Below the pieces are notes generated by a model that was given only the letters and a program-made list of their open reading frames with translations, had not been told where the DNA came from and made no database searches. Shown here piece after piece: positions 29,051 through 38,376 of a stretch of 64,000 nt of DNA (position 1 is the first letter of the stretch; the number at the start of each line of letters is the position of its first letter). Source of the DNA: Thermodesulfobacteriota bacterium (lineage in GTDB: Bacteria; Desulfobacterota_D; UBA1144; Nemesobacterales; CSP1-2); contig DASWID010000128.1 of assembly GCA_036397855.1 (NCBI GenBank), forward strand, positions 10,747-74,746, written 5' to 3'. The position numbers were made by a program, and so were the translations under genes.

Positions 29051-29401
29051 TTACCCTCCAACATACTCGACTAGCTCGTCATAGGAAGGATACTCCTTTT
29101 GCTTTACCACCTTTCCGTTCACCAAAGTCACAGGTAAAACATTAACTCCTCCAGATTTTAGCAATGAAAGAATCTGCGGGTTCTGTATGAACTTCGGTCC
29201 TTGCTGCGAGAGCAGATAACGTTCTACCTCTATCTTTCCGTTAAACTTTTTATAAATATTCAGAATGGCTTCATTCATATCGAGTAACGCCGGATCGATA
29301 GTCGGCCCGCAAAGACCGCCCGGGCAGCACATAGGGGGATCGAAAATCTCTATCAAAATCGATTTATTTTCAGTCATGACTAACCCTCCTTGAATATTCA
29401 A
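29051..29401 (-). CDS. arsD: arsenic metallochaperone ArsD
   Basis: FDPPMCCPGGLCG matches the ArsD Cys12-Cys13-Cys18 motif; length of about 116 aa. Confidence 0.8.
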   Translation of the reverse strand: MNIQGGLVMTENKSILIEIFDPPMCCPGGLCGPTIDPALLDMNEAILNIYKKFNGKIEVERYLLSQQGPKFIQNPQILSLLKSGGVNVLPVTLVNGKVVKQKEYPSYDELVEYVGG

Positions 29402-29529
29402 TTAGCTTATTATTTCTGAGCCTTACCATTTACTGAAATACATGCAATCACAAGACCATGAACTTTACTTTCAAGACATATTTGATTCATAATGACATTA
29501 TGGATACAAAACAAAATCACTATACATCC

Positions 29530-29997
29530 TTAGGTTTTCAGAAGAATTCTCCTTTTATTATCGATCATTCGCGATAGTTCTTTCTGAGCAACAAAACCAA
29601 CAACACACTTTCCCTCCTCACGTATCAACAGTCGAAACTCAAGATTAGATTTATCTTTTTCCAGGTCTTCACTATTTAAGAACTTTTTCAGGAAGGAGAA
29701 AAGCATCTTGTTTAACCCACCGTCTCTTTTTAGACAATAATATGACCAGGTGCCTCTCCTTCTTACATCAACCACACCGGAATTCTTAAGAATCATGAGA
29801 TGCTTGGATATTTGATATTGAGGAATTTTTAAAGTATCTACCATTTCGCAAACACAAAGTGAATCACATGCAAGTAGAAGATTAACGATCCTCAATCTGG
29901 TTTCGTCCCCCAATGATTTAAAAATATCAGCGTGAATCATTTTATATATCCCTATCCCCAACTTATATGCCTGTATGCCAATATAAGCATATGCCAA
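29530..29997 (-). CDS. arsR: ArsR/SmtB-family metalloregulator
   Basis: Winged HTH plus the metal(loid)-binding ...SLCVCEM... site. The likely start is the internal ATG (MIHADIFKSLGD). Confidence 0.75.
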   Translation of the reverse strand: MAYAYIGIQAYKLGIGIYKMIHADIFKSLGDETRLRIVNLLLACDSLCVCEMVDTLKIPQYQISKHLMILKNSGVVDVRRRGTWSYYCLKRDGGLNKMLFSFLKKFLNSEDLEKDKSNLEFRLLIREEGKCVVGFVAQKELSRMIDNKRRILLKT

Positions 29998-30045
29998 TTA
30001 TAATTACGCTTCCTAAATTGTCAAGTCCTCGCATTGACTCATCAG

Positions 30046-31437
30046 AAATCTATTTGAAGAAGAATCGTTGCCTCATCTAAGAATCTATTCAAAATAGTCT
30101 CCCCCTAGAAAGATAACGGGAGGCATAGATGAGGCTAACCATGGAAGAAAGAAGATCGGTCACTGCAGTAGTGGCGAAGAGGTATCAGAAAGCCACTAAA
30201 AAGGAGAAAGGCACCATCCTTGGAGAGTACACACAACTGACCGTGTATAATCGCTGTTACGCCGCTTTTTTGTTAAGGAATCATGGCCGGAGAGTGAGGA
30301 TCAATAATAACACTGTTTTGGTGGGGGACTGTAGAAAGAGGGTTAAGAGGACCAGGGACAGGACCTACGATGAGCAGGTAGTTAGGGTTTTGAAGAGGGT
30401 ATGGCTGATCATGGGTTTTATATGCGGTAAGAGACTTAAGCCAGCCTTGAAGGAGGTCATTCCCGTCTTGGAGAAGTATAAGGAGATAGAGCTGGATAAG
30501 ACCGTCAGAGAGAAATTGTCTAAGATCTCTGCCGCCACTATAGACAGAGTATTAGCTCCGGAGCGTAAGAAAAGGTCCCTTCGCCAAAGAGCCAGGACTA
30601 AGCCGGGCACATTACTCAAGCATCAGATACCGATAAGGACCTTCTCTGAGTGGGATGAGCAAAGACCGGGTTTTGTAGAGATAGACCTGGTGGGGCACGA
30701 GGGAGGAGACCCCAGTGGGGATTATATCCAGACCCTGGATATGACCGATGTATGCACCGGTTGGACTGAGACCCAGGCGGTTAAGAACAAGGCCCGGGTG
30801 TGGGTGTTTGAGGCACTTAAGGAAATAAGAAAGCGCTTACCTTTTAAGCTCTTGGGAATAGATTCAGACAATGGGTCAGAGTTTATAAACGATCATCTCT
30901 ATCGTTATTGCGAGGAGGAGAAGATCACTTTTACCAGGGCCCGAGCTTATCGGAAGAATGATAACTGCTACGTAGAGCAAAAGAACTACTCAGTGGTCAG
31001 GCGTGGGGTGGGTTATCATCGTTACGATACTCCCCAGCAACTACGACTGTTAAACCAACTGTATTCCCGCTTAAGGCTATATACTAACTACTTCCAGCCG
31101 GTGATGAAACTGGAGGAAAAGATTCGGGTGGGAAGCAAGGTGAAAAAGAGGTATGACCAGCCAAGGACACCATACCAGAGGGTGTTAGAAGCACCCCTGG
31201 GGGAGAAAGAAAAAAAGGAAAAGTTAAACCAAGAGTATGCTAAACTAAATCCGGCAGAACTGAGAAGACAGATAACCACACTACAAATTAAACTCAGAAA
31301 GTTGGCAGCAAAAGAAAATTTAAAAAAAAGAAATCACAAACAGAATTACAAAAATGAAGAAAATGAAAAGGATTTAGAGTATATTTCTGGTGAGGCAACG
31401 AATTAACTTTCAAATAGATTTTTATGTGAGGCAATAG
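30046..31437 (+). mobile_element. insertion sequence (about 1.4 kb) with composite imperfect terminal inverted repeats
   Basis: Left end AAATCTATTTGAAGAAGAATCGTTGCCTCA (30046-30075) matches the reverse complement of the right end (31391-31421) at about 26/30 positions. Extra half-sites lie at 30081-30096 and 31425-31437, so exact boundaries are uncertain by roughly 20 bp. The element encloses a single DDE transposase gene. Confidence 0.7.
30129..31406 (+). CDS. DDE-type (rve integrase-core) transposase; IS family not assigned
   Basis: N-terminal HTH; D (VEIDLVGHEGG), D (GIDSDNGSEF) and E (CYVEQKN) catalytic triad of the rve family. The stop codon lies inside the right terminal repeat. Confidence 0.8.
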   Translation: MRLTMEERRSVTAVVAKRYQKATKKEKGTILGEYTQLTVYNRCYAAFLLRNHGRRVRINNNTVLVGDCRKRVKRTRDRTYDEQVVRVLKRVWLIMGFICGKRLKPALKEVIPVLEKYKEIELDKTVREKLSKISAATIDRVLAPERKKRSLRQRARTKPGTLLKHQIPIRTFSEWDEQRPGFVEIDLVGHEGGDPSGDYIQTLDMTDVCTGWTETQAVKNKARVWVFEALKEIRKRLPFKLLGIDSDNGSEFINDHLYRYCEEEKITFTRARAYRKNDNCYVEQKNYSVVRRGVGYHRYDTPQQLRLLNQLYSRLRLYTNYFQPVMKLEEKIRVGSKVKKRYDQPRTPYQRVLEAPLGEKEKKEKLNQEYAKLNPAELRRQITTLQIKLRKLAAKENLKKRNHKQNYKNEENEKDLEYISGEATN

Positions 31438-31852
31438 TGTCCTTATGTTACTTGGTTATGCTTAACCTCCCTCAAGCAAAGGCTGAAACTATATTTTAAA
31501 AATTTTCGATATAAGAAGGAAATTAAAAAGGAATCAGATCAGATCGGAAATACCTACCGTCAGGAAATCATACATTCTGACACACGAAAAAAAACTTATG
31601 TGCGTAACTTACTCTAATAATAGGGACATTCTCTGGTATGATTGTTGTCGTTTTAGATATGCAATGATAATGAATATCCTTTCTGGAAACATATCGATTA
31701 TCAATCTATCCCCGAAACAATCACACAACTTATCCTCCGGGTCCAAGATTATAAAAATTTTTCAATATCAACTCTTTAATATCAGAAGGTTATGTTTATT
31801 AAGATGAGTTTTCAGATTATTTTAGACAGCGGTAGCATAGGAGGTTCAAAAT

Positions 31853-32293
31853 ATGGGTATGGAATATGAAGTAAAAGCAGAGCAGGTGGTGCCAAACGTC
31901 TCTACGGTGCGAACTAAGGAGGCACAAATCTACTTCGATTCATCACCCGGACAAAGCGAGTATCTCTTTAACCCTGCTGAGTTATTTCTGAGCGCATTTG
32001 CCGCATGTATTTTGAAGAACGTCGAGCGTTTCTCGGAGAGGCTAAAATTTGCCTATAACAAAGCTTCTATAAAGGTACACGGTGTACGAGAGGAACCTCC
32101 GCCACGTCTGACTACGATTAAATATGAACTGACTCTATATACAAATGAATCACCACAAAGAATAGATCTTCTCCGCCGCAATCTCGAAAAATATGGAACA
32201 ATCTACAATACAGTAGCAAATACTTGTGAGATTTCAGGAGAAATAATCCCGGTTAATCCGGTGGATCAATCGGACATCCATACACCGATCTAA
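31853..32293 (+). CDS. OsmC/Ohr-family peroxiredoxin-like protein
   Basis: 146 aa with an OsmC-like pattern (FNPAELFLSAFAACILKN...). A GGAGG RBS precedes the ATG. Confidence 0.6.
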   Translation: MGMEYEVKAEQVVPNVSTVRTKEAQIYFDSSPGQSEYLFNPAELFLSAFAACILKNVERFSERLKFAYNKASIKVHGVREEPPPRLTTIKYELTLYTNESPQRIDLLRRNLEKYGTIYNTVANTCEISGEIIPVNPVDQSDIHTPI

Positions 32294-32482
32294 GAACTAA
32301 ATACCGCATTTTCTCTCCCTGAAGTAAGCTGTTTACAAGACAAGTATCTGATCATCCTGAGTTCATCGAAGGATAATCACGTTCACACCGACCTAAAAGT
32401 GCCCTTCGACAAAGCTCAGGGCTTCAGGACGAACAGGTCTGACTAAACTTTAACCACTATAGATAAAAGGCAAGCATGCGAG

Positions 32483-32692
32483 CTACTCCTTCCTGAGGCT
32501 GGGCCACGCTGAGAAAGCAACAACATACAGCGTGATGATATTAACGACAGGTACCACCATCAGAAGGCTTAGCCACTTGGAGTAACCTGCTTTGCCAAAG
32601 ATGAACCAAAACGGGATCACGATTAAGACTGCAAAAATTAGCATCATAAATGGCCCGAATGGCCACATGGGAGCACCAGACATATCAGGCAT
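32483..32692 (-). CDS. small hydrophobic membrane protein (two predicted TM segments)
   Basis: Strong RBS (AAAGGAGGTG) 5 nt upstream of the ATG on the minus strand; a 69-aa hydrophobic product. Confidence 0.5.
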   Translation of the reverse strand: MPDMSGAPMWPFGPFMMLIFAVLIVIPFWFIFGKAGYSKWLSLLMVVPVVNIITLYVVAFSAWPSLRKE

Positions 32693-33148
32693 TACGCACC
32701 TCCTTTCAGTAGAGACAGCTAACTAACAATTAGACAGCAAAAATGCAGTATAATTTTCCTGTACTGCTAACCATCTTTTCTTCTAGCTATATTATGTTAC
32801 TTAATACAACAGTAGTAGCTATCATGAAAGCGTCTACCTTGCATTAAGCACAAGAACCAATACAAAAGCCATAACGAAGAAACAGAAAAAAAAGGGAGCC
32901 AATATTTCCATTTGCCTATACCATTTAAAATACCTTCAGATAGACTAAAAGCAAGATTCGACGCAAAAGGCGACGAGGAAAAATCGTTTTGAATTTAAGA
33001 AGATGGAATTTCGGCTAAGCCTGTTTCAGACTTCAGTGATCATATGGCAATCGTGATTTATAAAGGGTCAGGTGCATGACCGTATATTTACCAAAAAAGA
33101 TCGGGTGAATATAGTCATTGGATCTAGGTCTTATGATTTTTTGAGGTA

Positions 33149-33427
33149 CTAATTTGATGAAGAACCAGTCCAAACCCTCTTAATTAATCCGATGATTAGC
33201 CTTGAATATGTCTCATCCGTAAGGAAGCCGTAAATCCCTAGAACTATGAATTGGATACCTACGCAAACCAATAAAGAACCCATGGTACGGTTTAATACAT
33301 TGATTCCAGTCGTTACTAAGGGCGAAACTATCTTAGAGTGCCCTTTCAATGCCAAAAACGATAGTAAAGGAACTATTGCGATGCCGATAGTTGTTTGATA
33401 CGATAGCGAAAGAATATCTTTGATCAA
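33149..33427 (-). pseudogene. membrane-protein fragment (possible remnant), TTG start, no clear RBS
   Basis: Hydrophobic 92-aa ORF in a gene-poor region next to another gene remnant. Weak call. Confidence 0.25.
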
Positions 33428-33598
33428 TCATGGCTTATGCCTTCTCTTTTCAAATAAATAGTTGCAAACGGTAAACCTTGATCGTTGATTAACATATCTT
33501 ATATTCCGTCGTAGGGACTTGATGAATCTAATTTTTTCAAAATCTAGAGTATGGAGGAAGGTGATTTTTTTATAGTGGAGGTGAGGTTTGATCTTAAT

Positions 33599-33793
33599 GT
33601 AATGGACATGAAATTAGTTGAAGATGAACGCGGTGGAATCGAAGCCTCAGATGCTTTTATTCCAGCAGTTTTATCAATTATTTTGATTGTGGTTCGGACT
33701 GCCTTAGAGGACAGTACGCTTCAAAAGGAACTTCCTGGATATTTGGAATATGTATCCAGGGTAGGTTACAAACTTATCCCGTGGGTTTGGTAG
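33599..33793 (+). pseudogene. C-terminal remnant of an ICMT/phospholipid-methyltransferase-family membrane protein
   Basis: The tail ...EDSTLQKELPGYLEYVSRVGYKLIPWVW resembles the conserved C-terminus (EE..L...FG..Y.EY...VPR.IP) of the isoprenylcysteine carboxyl methyltransferase family. No N-terminal catalytic part is present. Confidence 0.35.
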
Positions 33794-34117
33794 AGGTGAA
33801 TGAATTTCGTGCATATCAAGTCCTCCATGCAAAATTGTACCCTATGAGTGATAAATAATATGAGGATTTAAAATTGTTAATAACGCCGAAGTAATGTTCT
33901 TGTGGAACTTAAATGAATATTCGCTGTTTCAGTCAAATTTGATAGTAAAAAAATAATATCGTAGACAATCGATTCCTCTTAAAAATGTGCACAAACTATT
34001 TTGTACCTGATTTAATAAAAATACTGTTTAGGACTGGAAATTAGTTGAAGAAGGACTATATTATTATTGGGTATGGGGTTAAAAGCGGCAAGAACCTTCT
34101 CAAGATTGAGAGGTTGC

Positions 34118-34150
34118 CCAAAAGGCCAGAAAAACTGGCCTTTTATTTTA
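34118..34150. terminator. rho-independent terminator-like hairpin (AAAAGGCCAG-aaaaa-CTGGCCTTTT followed by a T-run); bidirectional potential
   Basis: 10-bp stem, 5-nt loop and TTTTATTTTA on the plus strand; an A-run on the other side gives a U-run for the minus strand. Confidence 0.5.
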
Positions 34151-34323
34151 TGGAGTAACACGTAGTTGTTGCATGGATAATTAGAAAAACCCGATAATCA
34201 GGTTGTTTGAAATTTTTCTCTTGAATTTTTCCGCTTCCAGGTAAAAAAGGATTAAACGCTTTTAGCTCTAATGCCTAATACCCCACGTGAAGTCACTTCA
34301 CTGAGCGAATATTTGTATTATTA

Positions 34324-34584
34324 TCAATGGTGGTAGTAAATTTTGTTTATGCGATTTAGATGCTCTTCTTCATCTTGTATCACATTCCCACAACCTTCAC
34401 AGTAAACGACATCGACGAAAGGGCTATGTTCACTGTGAGCCCTTCTTATGGCTTCCACATAAACAAGATTGTTTGTGTTTGGACATCTGATGGCCAATTT
34501 TTCTGCTATTTCATCGAAGAAATACTCCATGTGAGGAATGTTACCATGTTTTTTTTCTATCATTAATCTGGTCATTATTATCAC
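34324..34584 (-). CDS. small Cys-containing hypothetical protein (possible zinc-binding, CEGCG motif)
   Basis: Strong RBS AGGAGGTGAT 4 nt upstream of the ATG; 86 aa. Confidence 0.5.
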   Translation of the reverse strand: MIIMTRLMIEKKHGNIPHMEYFFDEIAEKLAIRCPNTNNLVYVEAIRRAHSEHSPFVDVVYCEGCGNVIQDEEEHLNRINKIYYHH

Positions 34585-34784
34585 CTCCTATCTATTTTTA
34601 ATATAAACACAGTTGACTTGAATTAAAGGTCTTATAACCCCTTTTCACCATGGAAATAGTGTCAAGATGGATTAGCCTATCCTTATTCGATTAGATTAAA
34701 GCGATTTTCCAGCTAAGCCCGTCTAAGCTTGAGCTCACCGATCCCTTCTTGGGTTACAATAATAATATAGAAATAGAAATCGTA

Positions 34785-35138
34785 TCATCCTTCCAAACCC
34801 GCAAGAAATTTAATTTTCTCTTTCAGATCATCTTTTGTCACTTCATAGATGTTAAAGGCCTTATTCAATGTAACCATCATGATGTTTTCAGCAACGATCT
34901 TGTCATGCCCTTCAACCCAATAAAGGCAAACAATCATCTCCATTCCGTCGGGATGCTTAATCATAATGGACTTGTGCTTTTTTATGCCCATTATTGCGGG
35001 TCTATCGGGTACGACCTTTACTTCAAATCCATTTTCTCCGTTATACTCCTCGATAAGCTCTTTGAAAATAGGCGTGATAAGATTTTCAAACAGCTCGTTT
35101 GCTTTCTCGTTAAGTTGACTTGTTAAATCTTCGCTCAA
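34785..35138 (-). CDS. hypothetical protein
   Basis: Coherent 117-aa translation on the minus strand (TTG start). Preferred over the overlapping low-complexity plus-strand ORF at 34749-35126. Confidence 0.35.
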   Translation of the reverse strand: MSEDLTSQLNEKANELFENLITPIFKELIEEYNGENGFEVKVVPDRPAIMGIKKHKSIMIKHPDGMEMIVCLYWVEGHDKIVAENIMMVTLNKAFNIYEVTKDDLKEKIKFLAGLEG

Positions 35139-35247
35139 TACATTCGCCTTTAATTTCGTATAGTCTATAACATTGCTTCTCCATTGTATATTTTTAGCAT
35201 CGATTTATGTTTCGGATTTCATAGCTTTTTTGAACTACTTCTTCAAT

Positions 35248-36075
35248 CTACTGTGAAAAGAACTTTTTCCTGCGTATATGCTCAAGACATGGGAGTCTTT
35301 TTCTAATGTTATCTAAAAAATCAAAATCTATCTCGCAAGTAATGACATCTTCCCTATCCTGGCACTGTGATAGAATCTGTCCCCAAGGATCTATGATCAT
35401 TGTTCTGCCATAAGATATACGACGCGAGCTATGTTTACCATATTGTGCTGGGGCAACGACATAACATTGGTTTTCTATGGCACGGGCACGTAGAAGGCCT
35501 TCCCAGTGGTCCTTACCTGTATACAGGGTGAATGCGGAAGGTACGAATAGAATTTCTGCACCCCGTAACACCAAAGCGCGATATAGTTCTGGAAATCTCA
35601 GGTCGTAGCAGATACTAAGACCCATAATCCGACCAAACAATTCTACAGTTACTTCACTATCACCGCATTTTATATATTGAGATTCTTCAAATGTGTTCTC
35701 ATCATCCAGTGAGACGTCAAAAAGATGTAACTTATCGTAGCGAGCTACGGCACGCCCCTTCGTATCAAATACTATACACGTATTTGTAACCCTTGACTTA
35801 CTAGCTGTCTTTAAGGGGATACTGCCTCCAATTATTGCTACACCATGCTCGATGGCGAATTTCTCAAGAAACTTAACACTGGGTCCATTCTTGTAATTCT
35901 CGGCCATTTTGATCTTCTCCGATTCACTTCCTATGAACGAGAAATTCTCGGGTAACGCAATTAGTTGAGCGCCATCTATTACGGCTTGCCCCATAAGTTT
36001 TAAAGCGGATTCTAGATTCTTATTACGATCCTGTTTCGAGCACATCTGGACCGCAGCGATTCTTATTTTTTTCAT
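35248..36075 (-). CDS. carbon-nitrogen hydrolase (nitrilase superfamily; omega-amidase/N-carbamoylputrescine-amidase-like)
   Basis: MKKIRIAAVQM..., catalytic E/K/C pattern and 275 aa. Confidence 0.8.
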   Translation of the reverse strand: MKKIRIAAVQMCSKQDRNKNLESALKLMGQAVIDGAQLIALPENFSFIGSESEKIKMAENYKNGPSVKFLEKFAIEHGVAIIGGSIPLKTASKSRVTNTCIVFDTKGRAVARYDKLHLFDVSLDDENTFEESQYIKCGDSEVTVELFGRIMGLSICYDLRFPELYRALVLRGAEILFVPSAFTLYTGKDHWEGLLRARAIENQCYVVAPAQYGKHSSRRISYGRTMIIDPWGQILSQCQDREDVITCEIDFDFLDNIRKRLPCLEHIRRKKFFSQ

Positions 36076-36398
36076 TTCAGTGGTTTTCTAGAATGAACAA
36101 CATGATTGAGCTACACAATTTATTGACCATGTTTGATTAAGAAAACTTTAACGTTAATTTCATTTTTTCACATTTTCTTTAAGTTAACGACAAGTTAAAA
36201 GGAGTAGTAATTCAGTCAGATTCCAAAATTTTCGTCATGCACTAGTTAATTTACGGGTGCCATCACCTTAAGCTCACGATTTCAAACCAATGTTGTTGTT
36301 GAAGAGGTTCTATTTTATAAATATATAATGAGGGAAGTATAAACCAAACTATTTTAGCAAAGCTTTCCTCCACCAAATAATGATTTTAAAGTACACGA

Positions 36399-36770
36399 CT
36401 ATTGAACTTCAATGACTTTTACGTCATAACTCTTCACCTTGTAGTGCCCAGGACCTGTTATATCAAGGAATTCAAGATCAAATTGGGCAGACTTTCCCGG
36501 CAAAATGCTGTCGCTCATCACCCACGAAGTAGTTGACGAAATAACGTTTCCATTTTTATCATACGCTCTACCTTCTACTTTTACTTTCCCTATAGCTTTA
36601 TCTGATTTGTTTTCAACCTTTCCTGGAATATGAAGGTGATCTGCTGCGCAATGAAACGTGGGCTCTAAAACAACTTCTAGATTAGATGAATAGTCGTGGT
36701 GTGAATACACAGACGTTACCATAAGAATAACCGAGATCATTACAAATGAAATAATTTTTACTGTTTTCAT
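36399..36770 (-). CDS. small secreted hypothetical protein (signal peptide, beta-rich)
   Basis: N-terminal signal peptide MKTVKIISFVMISVILMVTSVYS; 123 aa. Confidence 0.45.
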   Translation of the reverse strand: MKTVKIISFVMISVILMVTSVYSHHDYSSNLEVVLEPTFHCAADHLHIPGKVENKSDKAIGKVKVEGRAYDKNGNVISSTTSWVMSDSILPGKSAQFDLEFLDITGPGHYKVKSYDVKVIEVQ

Positions 36771-37101
36771 TCTATGTTATATTACTCCTCGATTTATTCA
36801 CATATTTGAACGACTGACTTCATAAGTATATCAACAAAATCCTTTTAATTTCAACACATTGTATATCCGCAAATGTTACCTTTTAAAGCTTTTTGCATCC
36901 CATATCCTTTTAAAATTCGAATGAATTTAATCAGAAATCCTTAATATTCTTGAGATGACAGTCGCGCCGGGACTTCCAGGTTGAAAGTACAAGACAAGTT
37001 GAAAGATATAGATGAGAGCCGTGGGGAATATGGTGTGTTGAATATAGTTATTTGAATTGACTGTATATTATCTATCTATTGTTTTTTAGAGCTTTAAAGG
37101 A

Positions 37102-38034
37102 TCAGTTGAATTCTAATGAATCTGGAAAGGGGAATCTTGTATGTTCTTCCTTCCCATCGAGTTCTCTAATACTATCAGCACCGAATTCCACCAAACGCTC
37201 AATGACCTCCTGGACAACCGTTTCAGGGGTTGAAGCCCCTGAGCTTAGACCGACAACCATATCATCTCGAAACATGTCCTGTTTAAGATTATTCGCCCCT
37301 TCGATCAAATATGCTTCTTTGACTCCAGTTGACTTTGCCACTTCGACGAGTCGATTGGAATTGGAGCTCTCAGGAGAACCCATAATGAAAATTATATCGG
37401 CGAGTTTTGAAAGCTCTTTTACAGCATCCTGTCTATTCTGAGTTGCGTAACATATATCAAGTTTGGACGGACTTATTATATAAGGAAACCTTCTCTTGAG
37501 TGCTTCAACAATATCCTTTGTGTCATCTACACTCAATGTCGTTTGTGTGACATAAGCAACTTTATCGGGATCGGGTACCGAAAGGTCTTCTGCTTCCTCT
37601 AATGAATCCACAACTACAACTTTGTCAGGGGCCTCACCGCTTGTTCCAATAACCTCAACATGATTTCTATGTCCAATCAGGATAATCGTGTATCCCAAGT
37701 CCGCATAGTGTTTTACTTCATTGTGAACTTTTGTCACCAATGGACAGACTGCGTCAACGACCTCCAGTCGTCTTTCTTTTGCCTCCTCTAATATGGAGGG
37801 ACTAACACCGTGGGCGCTAAATATAACTCGCGCGTCTTCGTCCTCAATCTCGTCGAGGTCTTCGACAAACCTGACTCCTTTTTCTTTAAGAGATTCTACT
37901 ACCCTCTTGTTATGGACTATTGCATGACGCACATATATAGGAGGACCGTATATATCGAGTGCCTGCTCTACTATTTCAATTGCCCGATCTACCCCCGCGC
38001 AGAATCCCCTAGGCTTTGCTACTATCACGCGCAT
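37102..38034 (-). CDS. ispH: 4-hydroxy-3-methylbut-2-enyl diphosphate reductase
   Basis: MRVIVAKPRGFCAGVDRAIEIVE and conserved Cys/His positions; 310 aa. Confidence 0.9.
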   Translation of the reverse strand: MRVIVAKPRGFCAGVDRAIEIVEQALDIYGPPIYVRHAIVHNKRVVESLKEKGVRFVEDLDEIEDEDARVIFSAHGVSPSILEEAKERRLEVVDAVCPLVTKVHNEVKHYADLGYTIILIGHRNHVEVIGTSGEAPDKVVVVDSLEEAEDLSVPDPDKVAYVTQTTLSVDDTKDIVEALKRRFPYIISPSKLDICYATQNRQDAVKELSKLADIIFIMGSPESSNSNRLVEVAKSTGVKEAYLIEGANNLKQDMFRDDMVVGLSSGASTPETVVQEVIERLVEFGADSIRELDGKEEHTRFPFPDSLEFN

Positions 38035-38376
38035 ATATCGTGTTTTATCTTAAGTGTTATGGAAAAACATTAACATAATTAATGAAAAACTCTACCTCAT
38101 AATCCGATTACCGATATTATTTCTCCTTTTGCTGTTCATAAAAGAGGTGTTTTGATAATCGGTATTTATCGAGTATTGGAATCCAAAATGTTAAATATAG
38201 CAAACGTACAGCAATTTCATTCCGATGAATATGAATTAGTTTATCGACGGAGTAACGAGATCCGAGAATGTATTTCCGGTCCTTTTAAGCATTGACAATT
38301 AGGTGTATTATGATAACGTGATTTTGATAATGATTATCAATATAAGTATGGAGAATCATGGTAAGCGTTCATATAA

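Noticed and set aside
34749-35126. Plus-strand 125-aa ORF overlapping the minus-strand 117-aa ORF
   Set aside because: Its translation is Ile/Phe-rich low-complexity. The opposite-strand ORF gives a more protein-like sequence, so only the minus-strand ORF was kept, at low confidence.
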